From the NCBI GenBank assembly GCA_945869825.1, contig CAMBQF010000002.1, forward strand, positions 1-60,047: a DNA stretch of 60,047 nt. The letters are read 5' to 3'. Below, one piece after another: positions 17,601-24,716 of the stretch. The first letter of the stretch is position 1, and each line of letters starts with the position of its first letter. Below the pieces are notes generated by a model. The model searched no databases, had not been told where the DNA came from, and saw only the letters and a list, made by a program, of their open reading frames with translations. This DNA comes from Chitinophaga pinensis (GTDB lineage Bacteria > Bacteroidota > Bacteroidia > CAMBQF01). Made by a program: the position numbers and the translations under genes.

Positions 17601-19693
17601 GGTGTAGCGCTAAACGTACCACCCAATACACTTACAGAAGGTGTTGGGTCGCCGGCGTTTTGGCAATACGATGCGCTAGCATAGCTAAATGTAGAGTTGC
17701 CTGTAGCGTTAATTGTTACCGTTTGGGTAGATGATGATGGGCATGGACCACCAAACGCATACGTAATAGTATAAGTATTAGGTGTAGATGCCAACAAATC
17801 AATAATACCTGTAGTTGGGTCTATTGATAAGCCTGAAGGGCTTGCGCTAAAACCACCACCGCTTTCAGTAACAGATGGTGTTGGGTCAGCGTCTTGCTGG
17901 CAATATGCTAAAGCACCATAGCTAAATGTTGATACAAATGTAGGGTTAACCGTTACAGCAATACCTGTTGATTGTGCAGTTGTACCGCAGCAAGCAGTAA
18001 CACCTTCAACAGTGTAGGTACCAGAAGTAGTAGCTGTATAAGTTGATGCGTTAGCACCACCTATTGGGCTGCCGTTATTATACCACTGAAAGCTTGTGTA
18101 GTTAGGCGTCGGGGTATTTGTTACTGATAATAATACACTGCCCCCCGCACAGAATGTGGTGGTAGAACCGTTTGTTATAGTTGGTGTCGTAAAGTCTGCA
18201 TTGATAGTAATGAAACCACGGTATGTGGTAGAACATGCTGTTACGTCTTTAACACCTTGTGTAGGGTATGTAGTTGTACCTGTTCCACAGTTACTTAATG
18301 TAATTGTTTTATTTGTACAGTTTTCTTCTGTTACTGTTAATGATGATTGGGCAGAAAGAGCCAACGTACTGTTGTTTGCAAGCGATGTACCGCTAACAAC
18401 GTTAACTGTTGTTGCCGCACCTGCCGCACCTGCACCACCAGTCCCACCAGCACCACCAGAGCCACCAGAGCCACCATTACCACCACGGCCAACGTCGCAG
18501 TCGCCACCGTTACCCGAGCCTAAACCGCCCGTGCCACCGGCACCACCTGAACCACCTGAGCCACCAGAACCGCCTGTACCACCGGCACCTGCATTACCTA
18601 AGTTATATTGATTGTCGACCAACTGGCCGTTTGCTCCATTACTTACTATAAATACACAATAGGTTGATCCGCCACCGGTACCACCAGAGCCACCAACACC
18701 ACCGCAGCCTCCGCCGCCACCGCCTGCGCCTGAGCTACCTGCACCATCGTTACAAGAGCCCCCAACTTCGGCACCGCCGCCACCGCCGCCACCGCCGCCG
18801 GTTCCGTTAGTACCATTACCACCAGAGGTGCCTGCACCACCCGGAACAAAGAAACCACTTACTATACTGCCAGATGCACCAACTGAACCGTTGCCTCCGT
18901 TAGAACCGTTAGAACCGTTTGCACCATTGCCACCTGCACCAGGGTTGGTACAAGAGAAAGTGCTACAATCGTTGCCGCCGCCGCCGCCGCCATTGCCGCC
19001 GCCACAACCACCGGTTGCGCCTGAGCCTGCACTGTTGCCGTTGCCTGCATATGCGTTATTACCACCTGCTCCACCAGGGCAGCATGATGATGAGCCTCCG
19101 CTACCGCCAGCCCTGAATAAACTTTCGTTATCAGAGTCGCCTGTACCACCGTTTCCTCCGTTTCCGCCGTTTGCACCGCTTGTTCCGTTAGACCCGTTAA
19201 CACCCGAACCAGCGTTACCAGAGTTGATAACACAACGTTGCACCAAGTAATTGCTACAGCCTGTAATGTACACGCCATAATTGCTTACCTGTGTGTTTGC
19301 CGATGCGTTTTGTACGGTTATAGTAAGGTCTTGTAAACGCCAGCCCGAAATGCCGCTGGCTACAATGGCCCTAACATACGAACCGCTACCACTGGGGTTG
19401 TTCGATGCATTGGCTTGGGTACGGCTAATAACCGTTAACCCCGCTGTACTGGTTTTAGTAGTGAAACCTGCATTCCATCCACCCTCCAATACAACGTTAG
19501 ACGACATGGCAAGCTCGTTAGTAATAACGTACGTGCCTTGCGCCATGCGGATAATACCGCCACCGGCACTGTTGGCCGCCGTTAACGCAGTTTGCAACTG
19601 CGCCGTGTTTGATACCTGCCAAATACTACACGTTTGTGCATTACTTAGCATGGTTGCAAACACCATAGTAAATAGTAGTAATAACTTCTTCAT
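11666..19693 (-). CDS. giant (2675 aa) T9SS-secreted repeat protein (adhesin-like)
   Basis: Domain order: signal peptide MKKLLLLFTMVFATMLSNAQ, a beta-helix-like N domain, then a ~270-aa Gly/Asn/Ser/Cys-rich region. Next come 7 copies of an ~80-aa two-Cys module (FSY..YC...P.PtitG..GGtFsa..GL.id..TG.IdlsaSt.g.YtVtYtt.G.C), 14 copies of a ~75-aa module (GL...YC.....v.LtG.P.GGtFSG.GvsGn.F.P..aG.G.H.ItYsYtDgNgCsN), and 3 more ~80-aa modules. It ends with a PKD-like domain (FGDGNPNS...HTYAEDGTYQVTLVV) and a type A CTD (LYPNPTEGNITVTF...GVYLYSIRTNNGVITKRIVLN). Confidence 0.9.
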   Translation of the reverse strand: MKKLLLLFTMVFATMLSNAQTCSIWQVSNTAQLQTALTAANSAGGGIIRMAQGTYVITNELAMSSNVVLEGGWNAGFTTKTSTAGLTVISRTQANASNNPSGSGSYVRAIVASGISGWRLQDLTITVQNASANTQVSNYGVYITGCSNYLVQRCVINSGNAGSGVNGSNGTSGANGGNGGNGGTGDSDNESLFRAGGSGGSSSCCPGGAGGNNAYAGNGNSAGSGATGGCGGGNGGGGGGNDCSTFSCTNPGAGGNGANGSNGSNGGNGSVGASGSIVSGFFVPGGAGTSGGNGTNGTGGGGGGGGGAEVGGSCNDGAGSSGAGGGGGGCGGVGGSGGTGGGSTYCVFIVSNGANGQLVDNQYNLGNAGAGGTGGSGGSGGSGGAGGTGGLGSGNGGDCDVGRGGNGGSGGSGGAGGTGGAGAAGAATTVNVVSGTSLANNSTLALSAQSSLTVTEENCTNKTITLSNCGTGTTTYPTQGVKDVTACSTTYRGFITINADFTTPTITNGSTTTFCAGGSVLLSVTNTPTPNYTSFQWYNNGSPIGGANASTYTATTSGTYTVEGVTACCGTTAQSTGIAVTVNPTFVSTFSYGALAYCQQDADPTPSVTESGGGFSASPSGLSIDPTTGIIDLLASTPNTYTITYAFGGPCPSSSTQTVTINATGNSTFSYASASYCQNAGDPTPSVSVLGGTFSATPSGLSINPGTGAIDVSASTANTYAVSYLSTGGACATTSTQTVTIDVPDDASFSYSASSYCVNGADATPTITGLAGGSFSATAGLVVDASTGVIDVSASTVGGPYTVTYTTNGTCPNTATQSVSITVAGVSTFSYAQSTYCKNGVDPTPIISVGGGSFTATAGLSIDPTTGVIDLAASAAGGPYTVTYTSAGPCPSQSTFTINITQTDDASFSYGTSSYCTNGTNPLPTITGLAGGTFTASSGLFVNNATGEINLTASTPGGPYTVTYTTNGACSSSATFSVSITGADNPSFSYSQVSYCQNAGTNPVANITGISGGTFTSSPAGLSLDPATGEIDLLASTIGSYTVTYTTTGICAASQSQTVSITGADNSAFAFADPTICINGANPTPTITGLTGGVFSATPAGLDINPSTGLIDLSNSTINIPFTVTYTTTGACATSTTQSIILLPAPVVSFSGLDPEYCISASTVTLAGSPAGGTFSGLGVIGNTFSPTLTVAGDHVITYSYTDGNACSAIATQTVTIYGLPFVTLSGLGTSYCTDNSTPVALNILPATGGVLSGPGVSGSDFIPSNAGVGFITINYSYTDGNGCTNTASQSTVVNALPVVGISGLANAYCLSTAPVALTGIPNGGTFSGTGITGSTFDPADAGVGTFTITYSYTDGNSCSNSTTQNVTVNDLPVVAISNLGSDYCEDAGPINLIATPPGGSFTGIGVSNNQLFPSIVNGNQTLVTYTYTDGLSCTNSTSQLVVINDLPTVSFSGLNPEYCISASPVTLTGLPVAGTFSGSGISGNTFDPATAGVGSHVITYSYTDGNSCSNTTTQTVVVNTLPTVAISNLQSAYCVSVTNVPLTGIPAGGTFSGIGVSGNTFDPSTAGQGSHTITYTYSDGNGCSNSVTQTVAVNPLPSLSITGLAPSYCIDAAAVNIGGLPVGGTLSGAGISGNTFTPALAGAGTFNITYSYADGNGCSNTTTQGVVVNALPVVAFSGLNSSYCIGNVTAQPLVGAPAGGTFTGQGVSGTNFTPSTAGVGTHVITYSYTDGNSCSNSVSQTVTVFDFPQVAITNLAAQYCIAAGVQTLSGLPSGGTFSGTGITGNSFDPAAAGVGVYDITYTFSDINGCTGTTTQQVQVYAQPTVSITGLANTYCSNDASVTFTGTPSGGTFSGPGVSGNTFFPAISGPGTHTITYAYSDGNGCGNTATQTVVVNPAPSPVISGLASSYCVSANPVTLNVTPAGGTFSGPGVSGTTFNPGAAGAGVHTITYSVTTGGCTGTASIQVVVNPLPTVGFAGLLNAYCTSSADVQMTSFPQGGSFTGTGVSGNVFSPSQAGEGTFTVTYTFTDGNLCSNSYSQFVTVNPAPVVSFTGLGAEYCEDASPVALTGTPAGGIFSGNGVTGNNFDPLFAGPGTHTVTYLYTTNNGCSGTSTQQVTVNATPSVQITGLSSSYCVNDAPVNLTGNPSGGTFSGAGVVSNTFTPSNANLGQNIITYTYTDGNTCAGSTQTLVTVTPLDNATFFYTQSSFCQTGVTAPVPTITGTTGGTFSASPSGLSINPATGSIDLGASTAGTYTITYTTNGICSASQTFSVTITNGANAGFNYSSSQYCNNLTNPQPNITGDFGGSFSGSNGLAINALTGEIDLGNSSTGTFTVTYTVGGACPGSTTTSVTITQADDAAFAYPLYTYCQSSSLTPTPTITGNLGGVFSGSNNLSISTVNGNINLLASQQGVSTITYTTNGVCPATFSQDVFINNGPVADITANGSTSFCFGGSVLLDAGPDYFDYAWNTGVNTQIISASTSQNYWVVVTDSSGCSSSDTISVLVIQEPNASFTFNTFSLTANFTNLSDNGQSYLWIFGDGNPNSTEPNPVHTYAEDGTYQVTLVVTNLCGTDSITIPVTVMKLGVGEQPVVSSFNLYPNPTEGNITVTFEIPSKQNVSITLADVTGRVVQSEALPSYTGKYTKEYNFENLDRGVYLYSIRTNNGVITKRIVLN
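12380..13099 (-). repeat. intragenic tandem array, 3 x ~240 nt (second block of the ~80-aa module)
   Basis: Units start NATFFYTQSSFC, NAGFNYSSSQYC and DAAFAYPLYTYC. Confidence 0.75.
13100..16255 (-). repeat. intragenic tandem array, 14 x ~225 nt (~75-aa two-Cys module)
   Basis: Fourteen consecutive units with conserved GL..YC, GGTFSG.G, ITYsYtDgNgCsN; 3156 nt / 14. Confidence 0.85.
16256..17941 (-). repeat. intragenic tandem array, 7 x ~240 nt (~80-aa two-Cys module)
   Basis: Seven consecutive units, each starting xxFSY..YC and ending Q.V.I. Boundaries were mapped from the translated sequence. Confidence 0.8.
18415..19222 (-). other. Gly/Asn/Ser/Cys-rich low-complexity coding region of giant protein 1
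   Basis: Runs of GGN/GSG/GNG codons (e.g. GGNGGNGGTG, GGGGGGGGGAEVGG, GGSGGSGGSGGAGGTGG) punctuated by Cys. These generate Pro-rich ORFs on the opposite strand. Confidence 0.85.
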
Positions 19694-19802
19694 AAGTTTA
19701 AATTGGTATAAATAGTTGGCTAAGATATAAAAAATGGTATGTTAATAAACAACTAAACTATTTTTTAAACGTTTACTAACAAAGAAAAAACAAGTTGCAC
19801 CA

Positions 19803-21770
19803 TTAGGGCTTTACGCTAAGCTTACCAATATAGTAATTGGCCTTAACCAAGTCTAGCTTACGCTCATAATAACGGGCCAGATAGCCCGCTAAAACTGTGT
19901 TTGTCTGGTCTTTATGAAAAGCTTTTTCGGCAAACAGTATGTGGTTTGTGGTATCGCTTTTAGCCAATGCAACTAGGCTGCTACTCATAAATGCATTGTA
20001 TGTTCCGGGCGTTTCTTTATTTAGTTCGTTAGTAATTTTTTGCGCCACATCCATTTTTTCGGGCTTATGCAGGGTATAAATCCTAACTAAATCCAGTTTT
20101 GCATTATACGCATCAGGCCTTTGTACCAAAACTTCCCAAAGCAGGGCTATAGCCATATCATACTCTTTAAAAGTTTCTTCCAGCAGGGCCTGCTCGTAAA
20201 AGGCATCAACAAAAAGGCTATCAGTTTTTGATGCTTTGCGCATTAGCGTTAGTGCCTCAAGGTTATTTTTATAATAGTATTTTTGAATAAGCCCACGGTA
20301 ATAATACCCCAGCCCAAAATCTTTAATTATGGCCTCGGCTTTGCGGTAGTGCCTATCGGCTATTTCATAATCCTTCTTTTTAATATCGGGGTTGGTAGCG
20401 CGATCAGCTTCTTTATGTGCCTCACGCGCAAACATATAGTTAGCGTTTGCCGACTTGTTCAGATACTTTATATCAGCCTTAAAAAGGGTAAGGCGGTCTT
20501 TCCAGTCGTAGTTCCGCTTAAAGGTGTAAGTTGCATAAGGGGCTATAAACAGGCAGATAACAACCACCGCCAATACATTGGCACCCAGCAATTGCTTCGT
20601 TTTATATACTGGTAGCTTTTCAGCTCCTTTATAAAGCAGGTACCCAACCGCCATACAAAAACTTAACGATGCCAAAAATGCAAAACGCTCGGCTATAATC
20701 CCCGGCACTGGAACAAGAATGTTGGAGAATGGGAAAATAGTAACCAAATAAAACAAGGCCCAAAAGGCTAAAAATGTCTTCTTCTTTATATTGATAACTG
20801 CATATACTAATATACCGGCATGCACTACAATGCTTAATAAAGCAATGGGGTTGCCAAGGCCTATCAATTGTATTTGGTCAAACCCGTAGTAAAAACGCAG
20901 AGGATAAGGGTATATTAACAATTTTAGGTACCACCAAAGCGTATGCATAGCCGTACCTAAATGAGTGCCCAGCGGTGTGTAAAATATGGGGTTTTCTATG
21001 TACCGGGAATCGCGGCTAAGGCCTTCTAAAAACAAGTTAACACCCACAAAATATGCTACAAATAGCGCCGCCAACGATGCAAAAACCGAAACCAGCCTTT
21101 TATAATTGATCCGGCTATCGTTATAGTAATATAGGCATAACGGTATAATAATAATAAATGGCAAAACGCTAAGTTTAGATAGCATCGCCACAAAAAACAC
21201 TCCTATTGCAGCAACAAAAACCATCGGCTTTTTAATGTCGGCAAACCGCAAAAACAGGTTTAAACTACAAAACGAAAACAGGAAACTCAGCAGTTCATCC
21301 CGCGACTTTAAATTGTCAACCACCTCGGTATGCAGCGGGTGGGCTATAAATATCAGCATGCCCAAAAAAGCAATAGAGCTGTGTTTTTTGCCAAATAGTT
21401 TTATTATGGTAGAAAATGCGAGCACTACCCCACCAGCAAACAACAATACATTTAGCAGGTGGCTCAAAAACAGGTTCTCTCCCCAAATAGCATATTCCAA
21501 AGCGTATGTAGCCTTTACAATAGGGCGGTATTCAAATCCCCCGTTTTGATTATAGGCATAGTTGGTGGTAAAAATTTCGTACAATCCACCCAAGCCTTTT
21601 TGCACAACAGGGTTTAGGTACGTGCTCAGTTCATCATCAATAGAATATCCATTGAAGAGGCTATTGGAAAATAACAGCAATGAAAAAGCCGCAAGCACTA
21701 ACTTTTGGTAAAGCAATGCTTGCGGCTTATGTAAAATATTTTGAGCCAAGGGCTTACTTTGTCTTAGCAA
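19803..21770 (-). CDS. GT-C-type integral membrane glycosyltransferase-like protein with C-terminal TPR repeats (PMT/TMTC-like)
   Basis: About 11 predicted TM helices, with an acidic motif in the first loop (FNGYSIDDELS). The C-terminal ~230 aa are rich in TPR-like helices (YYYRGLIQKYYYKNNLEALTLMRKA...). The architecture matches TPR-containing membrane mannosyltransferase-like proteins; assigned by architecture only. Confidence 0.6.
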   Translation of the reverse strand: MLRQSKPLAQNILHKPQALLYQKLVLAAFSLLLFSNSLFNGYSIDDELSTYLNPVVQKGLGGLYEIFTTNYAYNQNGGFEYRPIVKATYALEYAIWGENLFLSHLLNVLLFAGGVVLAFSTIIKLFGKKHSSIAFLGMLIFIAHPLHTEVVDNLKSRDELLSFLFSFCSLNLFLRFADIKKPMVFVAAIGVFFVAMLSKLSVLPFIIIIPLCLYYYNDSRINYKRLVSVFASLAALFVAYFVGVNLFLEGLSRDSRYIENPIFYTPLGTHLGTAMHTLWWYLKLLIYPYPLRFYYGFDQIQLIGLGNPIALLSIVVHAGILVYAVINIKKKTFLAFWALFYLVTIFPFSNILVPVPGIIAERFAFLASLSFCMAVGYLLYKGAEKLPVYKTKQLLGANVLAVVVICLFIAPYATYTFKRNYDWKDRLTLFKADIKYLNKSANANYMFAREAHKEADRATNPDIKKKDYEIADRHYRKAEAIIKDFGLGYYYRGLIQKYYYKNNLEALTLMRKASKTDSLFVDAFYEQALLEETFKEYDMAIALLWEVLVQRPDAYNAKLDLVRIYTLHKPEKMDVAQKITNELNKETPGTYNAFMSSSLVALAKSDTTNHILFAEKAFHKDQTNTVLAGYLARYYERKLDLVKANYYIGKLSVKP

Positions 21771-22131
21771 ATACTAAAGGGGCACTTTGCAAAGCGGTTT
21801 TATAATCGGTAACCACAGTCATTTGGTTATTACCTATTTGCTCTACCAACAAAAGGCTTTTATTACCCAATTTATCAGTTAAAGTAATAATATTGCCTTC
21901 TACAGCATACGTTTTAGTGTTACCGTCTTTTGATGTTAAAACATCATCGGCACCAAACACAAACTGGTAATCGCTATTATCTTTTACAGATTGTGGATTT
22001 TCTTTAGCCTTGCCCATAAATTTCCACTCACCTACAAGGGCTGTCTTGGTAACTTTAACCTGCGCTCTAACATTAAATGATAGGGCTAGAGCAAATACTA
22101 TGGTAAGAAATGTAGCAAATTTTTTCATCAT
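21754..22131 (-). CDS. small secreted hypothetical protein
   Basis: MMKKFATFLTIVFALALSFNVRAQ is a signal peptide. The 3' end overlaps the start of the GT-C/TPR gene by 17 nt. The start is taken at the first of two adjacent Met codons (22131); the ORF track extends to 22188. Confidence 0.55.
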   Translation of the reverse strand: MMKKFATFLTIVFALALSFNVRAQVKVTKTALVGEWKFMGKAKENPQSVKDNSDYQFVFGADDVLTSKDGNTKTYAVEGNIITLTDKLGNKSLLLVEQIGNNQMTVVTDYKTALQSAPLVFAKTK

Positions 22132-22272
22132 TGTTGTGCTGGTTTTATTTGTAGTTGGATAGCAAAAATATAAAAAACAAGTTGCCAAACCATTTTTTTA
22201 TCATTTAAAAGCTAAGATATATATTTTTTCAACAACCTGTCGCCTATTCTATATTAAGGCAACTATAAAGTG

Positions 22273-22280
22273 TATCTTTG
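22273..22280 (+). promoter_or_regulatory. -7 promoter box TATCTTTG, glmM
   Basis: Exact consensus match, 21 nt upstream of ATG 22302. Confidence 0.5.
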
Positions 22281-22301
22281 CAGGCTTTTTTAAAATATTA
22301 C

Positions 22302-23696
22302 ATGGCACTAATAAAGTCAATTTCAGGGATACGTGGTACCATTGGCGGCAAAGCCGGCGATGCTCTAACCCCATACGATATAGTAAAATTCTCTGCCGCC
22401 TACGGTACATGGATAAAACAACGCAGCAGCAATAAAGCTACAGTTGTTATTGGACGCGATGCTCGTATATCGGGCGAAATGGTGCGCAGCTTAGTAAGTG
22501 GAACCCTTATTGGTTTAGGTATTGATGTTATAGACCTTGGCCTATCTACCACCCCAACGGTAGAAGTAGCCGTACCTGCTGAAAAGGCTAACGGTGGCAT
22601 TATTATTACCGCCAGCCATAACCCCAAACAATGGAACGCCCTTAAACTGCTTAACGAAAAAGGCGAGTTTATTAGCGATACCGATGGCAAAGAGGTTTTG
22701 GCCCTTGCCGAAGGTGATGGCATTAGCTTTGCCGAAGTTACCCAAATAGGCAAATACACCCAAAACGACAGCTACCTGCAAAAGCATATAGACATGATAC
22801 TGGCCCTTGAGCTAGTTGATGTGGATGCTATTACCAAAGCAGAGTTTACCATTGCGGTTGATGCGGTAAATTCTACCGGTGGCATATTTGTTCCTGCCTT
22901 ATTAAGTGCTTTAGGAGTTAAAAAGGTTATTGAAATATATTGCGACCCTACGGGCGATTTTCCCCACAACCCGGAGCCGCTGCCTGAAAACCTGTTGGAT
23001 ATTGCCAAAGAGGTGAAAAAGAGCAAAGCGCATTTAGGTATTGTGGTTGACCCTGATGTTGACCGCTTGGCTATTGTTTGCGAAGACGGCGAAATGTTTG
23101 GCGAGGAATACACCCTTGTTGCCGTAGCTGATTATATTTTAAAGAATAAAAAAGGCAACACGGTTTCTAACATGTCATCAACCCGCGCCCTGCGTGATGT
23201 TACCCAAAAACACGGCGGCAGTTACGAGGCATCAGCTGTGGGCGAGGTTAACGTGGTAGAGCTGATGAAAAAGAACAACGCTGTTATTGGCGGCGAAGGC
23301 AATGGAGGTATTATTTACCCTGAGCTGCACTATGGCCGCGATGCCTTAGTAGGTATTGCCTTGTTCCTAACCCATTTGGCTAAGTCGGGCAAGTCGTGCT
23401 CTAAGTTGCGTTATGAGTACCCCAACTACTTCATATCTAAAAACAAGATTGAACTGACACCCGAAATTAATGTTGACGAGGTGCTGGAACGCATAAAAGA
23501 AAAATACAAAAAATACCCTATCAATACTGTTGATGGGGTTAAAATTGAATTTGATACAGAGTGGGTACACCTGCGCCGTTCTAATACAGAGCCTATCATC
23601 CGCATATACGCTGAAAGCGCTAACGAGGTAACAGCAGACACCCTGGCCCGCAAAATTATTACTGATATTAAAGAGGTAATAAAAGCTGAGATATAA
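22302..23696 (+). CDS. glmM: phosphoglucosamine mutase (alpha-D-phosphohexomutase family)
   Basis: Active-site TASHNP, metal loop VVDPDVDR and GGEGNGG. ATG at 22302 is preferred to the TTG at 22278. Confidence 0.82.
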   Translation: MALIKSISGIRGTIGGKAGDALTPYDIVKFSAAYGTWIKQRSSNKATVVIGRDARISGEMVRSLVSGTLIGLGIDVIDLGLSTTPTVEVAVPAEKANGGIIITASHNPKQWNALKLLNEKGEFISDTDGKEVLALAEGDGISFAEVTQIGKYTQNDSYLQKHIDMILALELVDVDAITKAEFTIAVDAVNSTGGIFVPALLSALGVKKVIEIYCDPTGDFPHNPEPLPENLLDIAKEVKKSKAHLGIVVDPDVDRLAIVCEDGEMFGEEYTLVAVADYILKNKKGNTVSNMSSTRALRDVTQKHGGSYEASAVGEVNVVELMKKNNAVIGGEGNGGIIYPELHYGRDALVGIALFLTHLAKSGKSCSKLRYEYPNYFISKNKIELTPEINVDEVLERIKEKYKKYPINTVDGVKIEFDTEWVHLRRSNTEPIIRIYAESANEVTADTLARKIITDIKEVIKAEI

Positions 23697-23717
23697 AACC
23701 TATATTATTATAAACAG

Positions 23718-23747
23718 AAAAGCCCTGCGCTATGCGGGGCTTTTTTT
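23718..23747. terminator. bidirectional hairpin terminator between convergent glmM and the Sua5-type gene
   Basis: AAAAGCCCTGCGCTATGCGGGGCTTTTTTT: a GC-rich stem flanked by an A-run and a T-run. Confidence 0.75.
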
Positions 23748-23753
23748 ATGTCG

Positions 23754-24707
23754 TTACCCCGCTGCCCGTTTCAATCTATCATTAATAGCCATACCCAATC
23801 CGCTTTCGGGGAATTTGGCCGATATCACTATATCAACGTCCAAAGCATCAGTCTTACGCAAAGCGGCAAACAGTTTTTGGGCTGCCTCATTTATATTTCC
23901 ACCTTTAGAAAGCAGCAGTTGGTTTTCAGGTTTTATGTCTTTATGCAGATTATCAAAGCCAATATAAGCAGCCTTACTATAATCACTTCCCTTAGGCTCA
24001 GAGCCTTCTAAGTATAACTTTTTGCCGGGGGCATAGTGGCTTTTTAACTGGCCCGGTGCCCGTGGGTCTGACGATGAATTGACCTGCAACTCAACCTTGC
24101 CTACCACACCTTCAATATCTTCCACACTCAATCCACCCAGACGGTATATTATAACCTTACCATCTTCAAAACCCACAATGGTCGATTCTAACCCTACCTC
24201 GCTCGCGCCGCCATCCAGTATATAATCGACCTCTGCACCCAAATGCTGTTGCACATGCTGTGCCGTTGTTGGGCTAACATAGCCAAACGGGTTGGCGCTG
24301 GGAGCAGCCAACGGAAAGTTCAATTCCTGCAAAAGGTTAAGCGTTACCGGGTGGTTGGGTATACGCACCGCCACAGTATCCAATCCTGATGTTACCAGGT
24401 CGGGTATCTTCTCTTTATTCCGTTCCAATAATATGGTAATAGGCCCGGGAGCAAAGGCATCAAAAATTTTGCGGGCCCTATTAGGTATAGCAGTTACAAA
24501 AACCAGAGCTGCCTCCAGAGAGTGGGTATGCACTATCAGCGGGTCGAAAAGCGGACGTTTCTTGGCCTCAAAAATCTTCACCACTGCTTCGGGGCTAAAG
24601 GCATTGGCAGCCAAGCCATACACAGTTTCGGTAGGTATTCCCACCAAACCGCCCTGTGCTAATATACTTGCAGCTCGGGTTATGTCTGTGCCTATCTTAT
24701 CCATCAA
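23754..24707 (-). CDS. L-threonylcarbamoyladenylate synthase (Sua5/YwlC-type TsaC with a C-terminal SUA5 domain)
   Basis: LVGIPTETVYGLAANA, RIPNHP and APSANPFG motifs. The 317-aa length is typical of the two-domain form. Confidence 0.88.
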   Translation of the reverse strand: MMDKIGTDITRAASILAQGGLVGIPTETVYGLAANAFSPEAVVKIFEAKKRPLFDPLIVHTHSLEAALVFVTAIPNRARKIFDAFAPGPITILLERNKEKIPDLVTSGLDTVAVRIPNHPVTLNLLQELNFPLAAPSANPFGYVSPTTAQHVQQHLGAEVDYILDGGASEVGLESTIVGFEDGKVIIYRLGGLSVEDIEGVVGKVELQVNSSSDPRAPGQLKSHYAPGKKLYLEGSEPKGSDYSKAAYIGFDNLHKDIKPENQLLLSKGGNINEAAQKLFAALRKTDALDVDIVISAKFPESGLGMAINDRLKRAAG

Positions 24708-24716
24708 TCTTATCCT

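Noticed and set aside
12380-17941. Regular ~225-240-nt periodicity that could be mistaken for a repeat array such as CRISPR or a satellite.
   Set aside because: The periodicity is in-frame protein-module repetition within one continuous ORF. Units are diverged at the DNA level, and there are no short identical direct repeats with unique spacers.
18156-19278. Several plus- and minus-strand ORFs (18156..18611, 18409..18651, 18646..18858, 18828..19250, 18862..19278, 18919..19116) encoding Pro-rich, His-rich or Val/Ala-rich peptides.
   Set aside because: They are frame or antisense shadows of the GGN-codon Gly-rich region of giant protein 1. They have low complexity, no independent start or promoter context, and are fully embedded in a well-supported 8-kb ORF.
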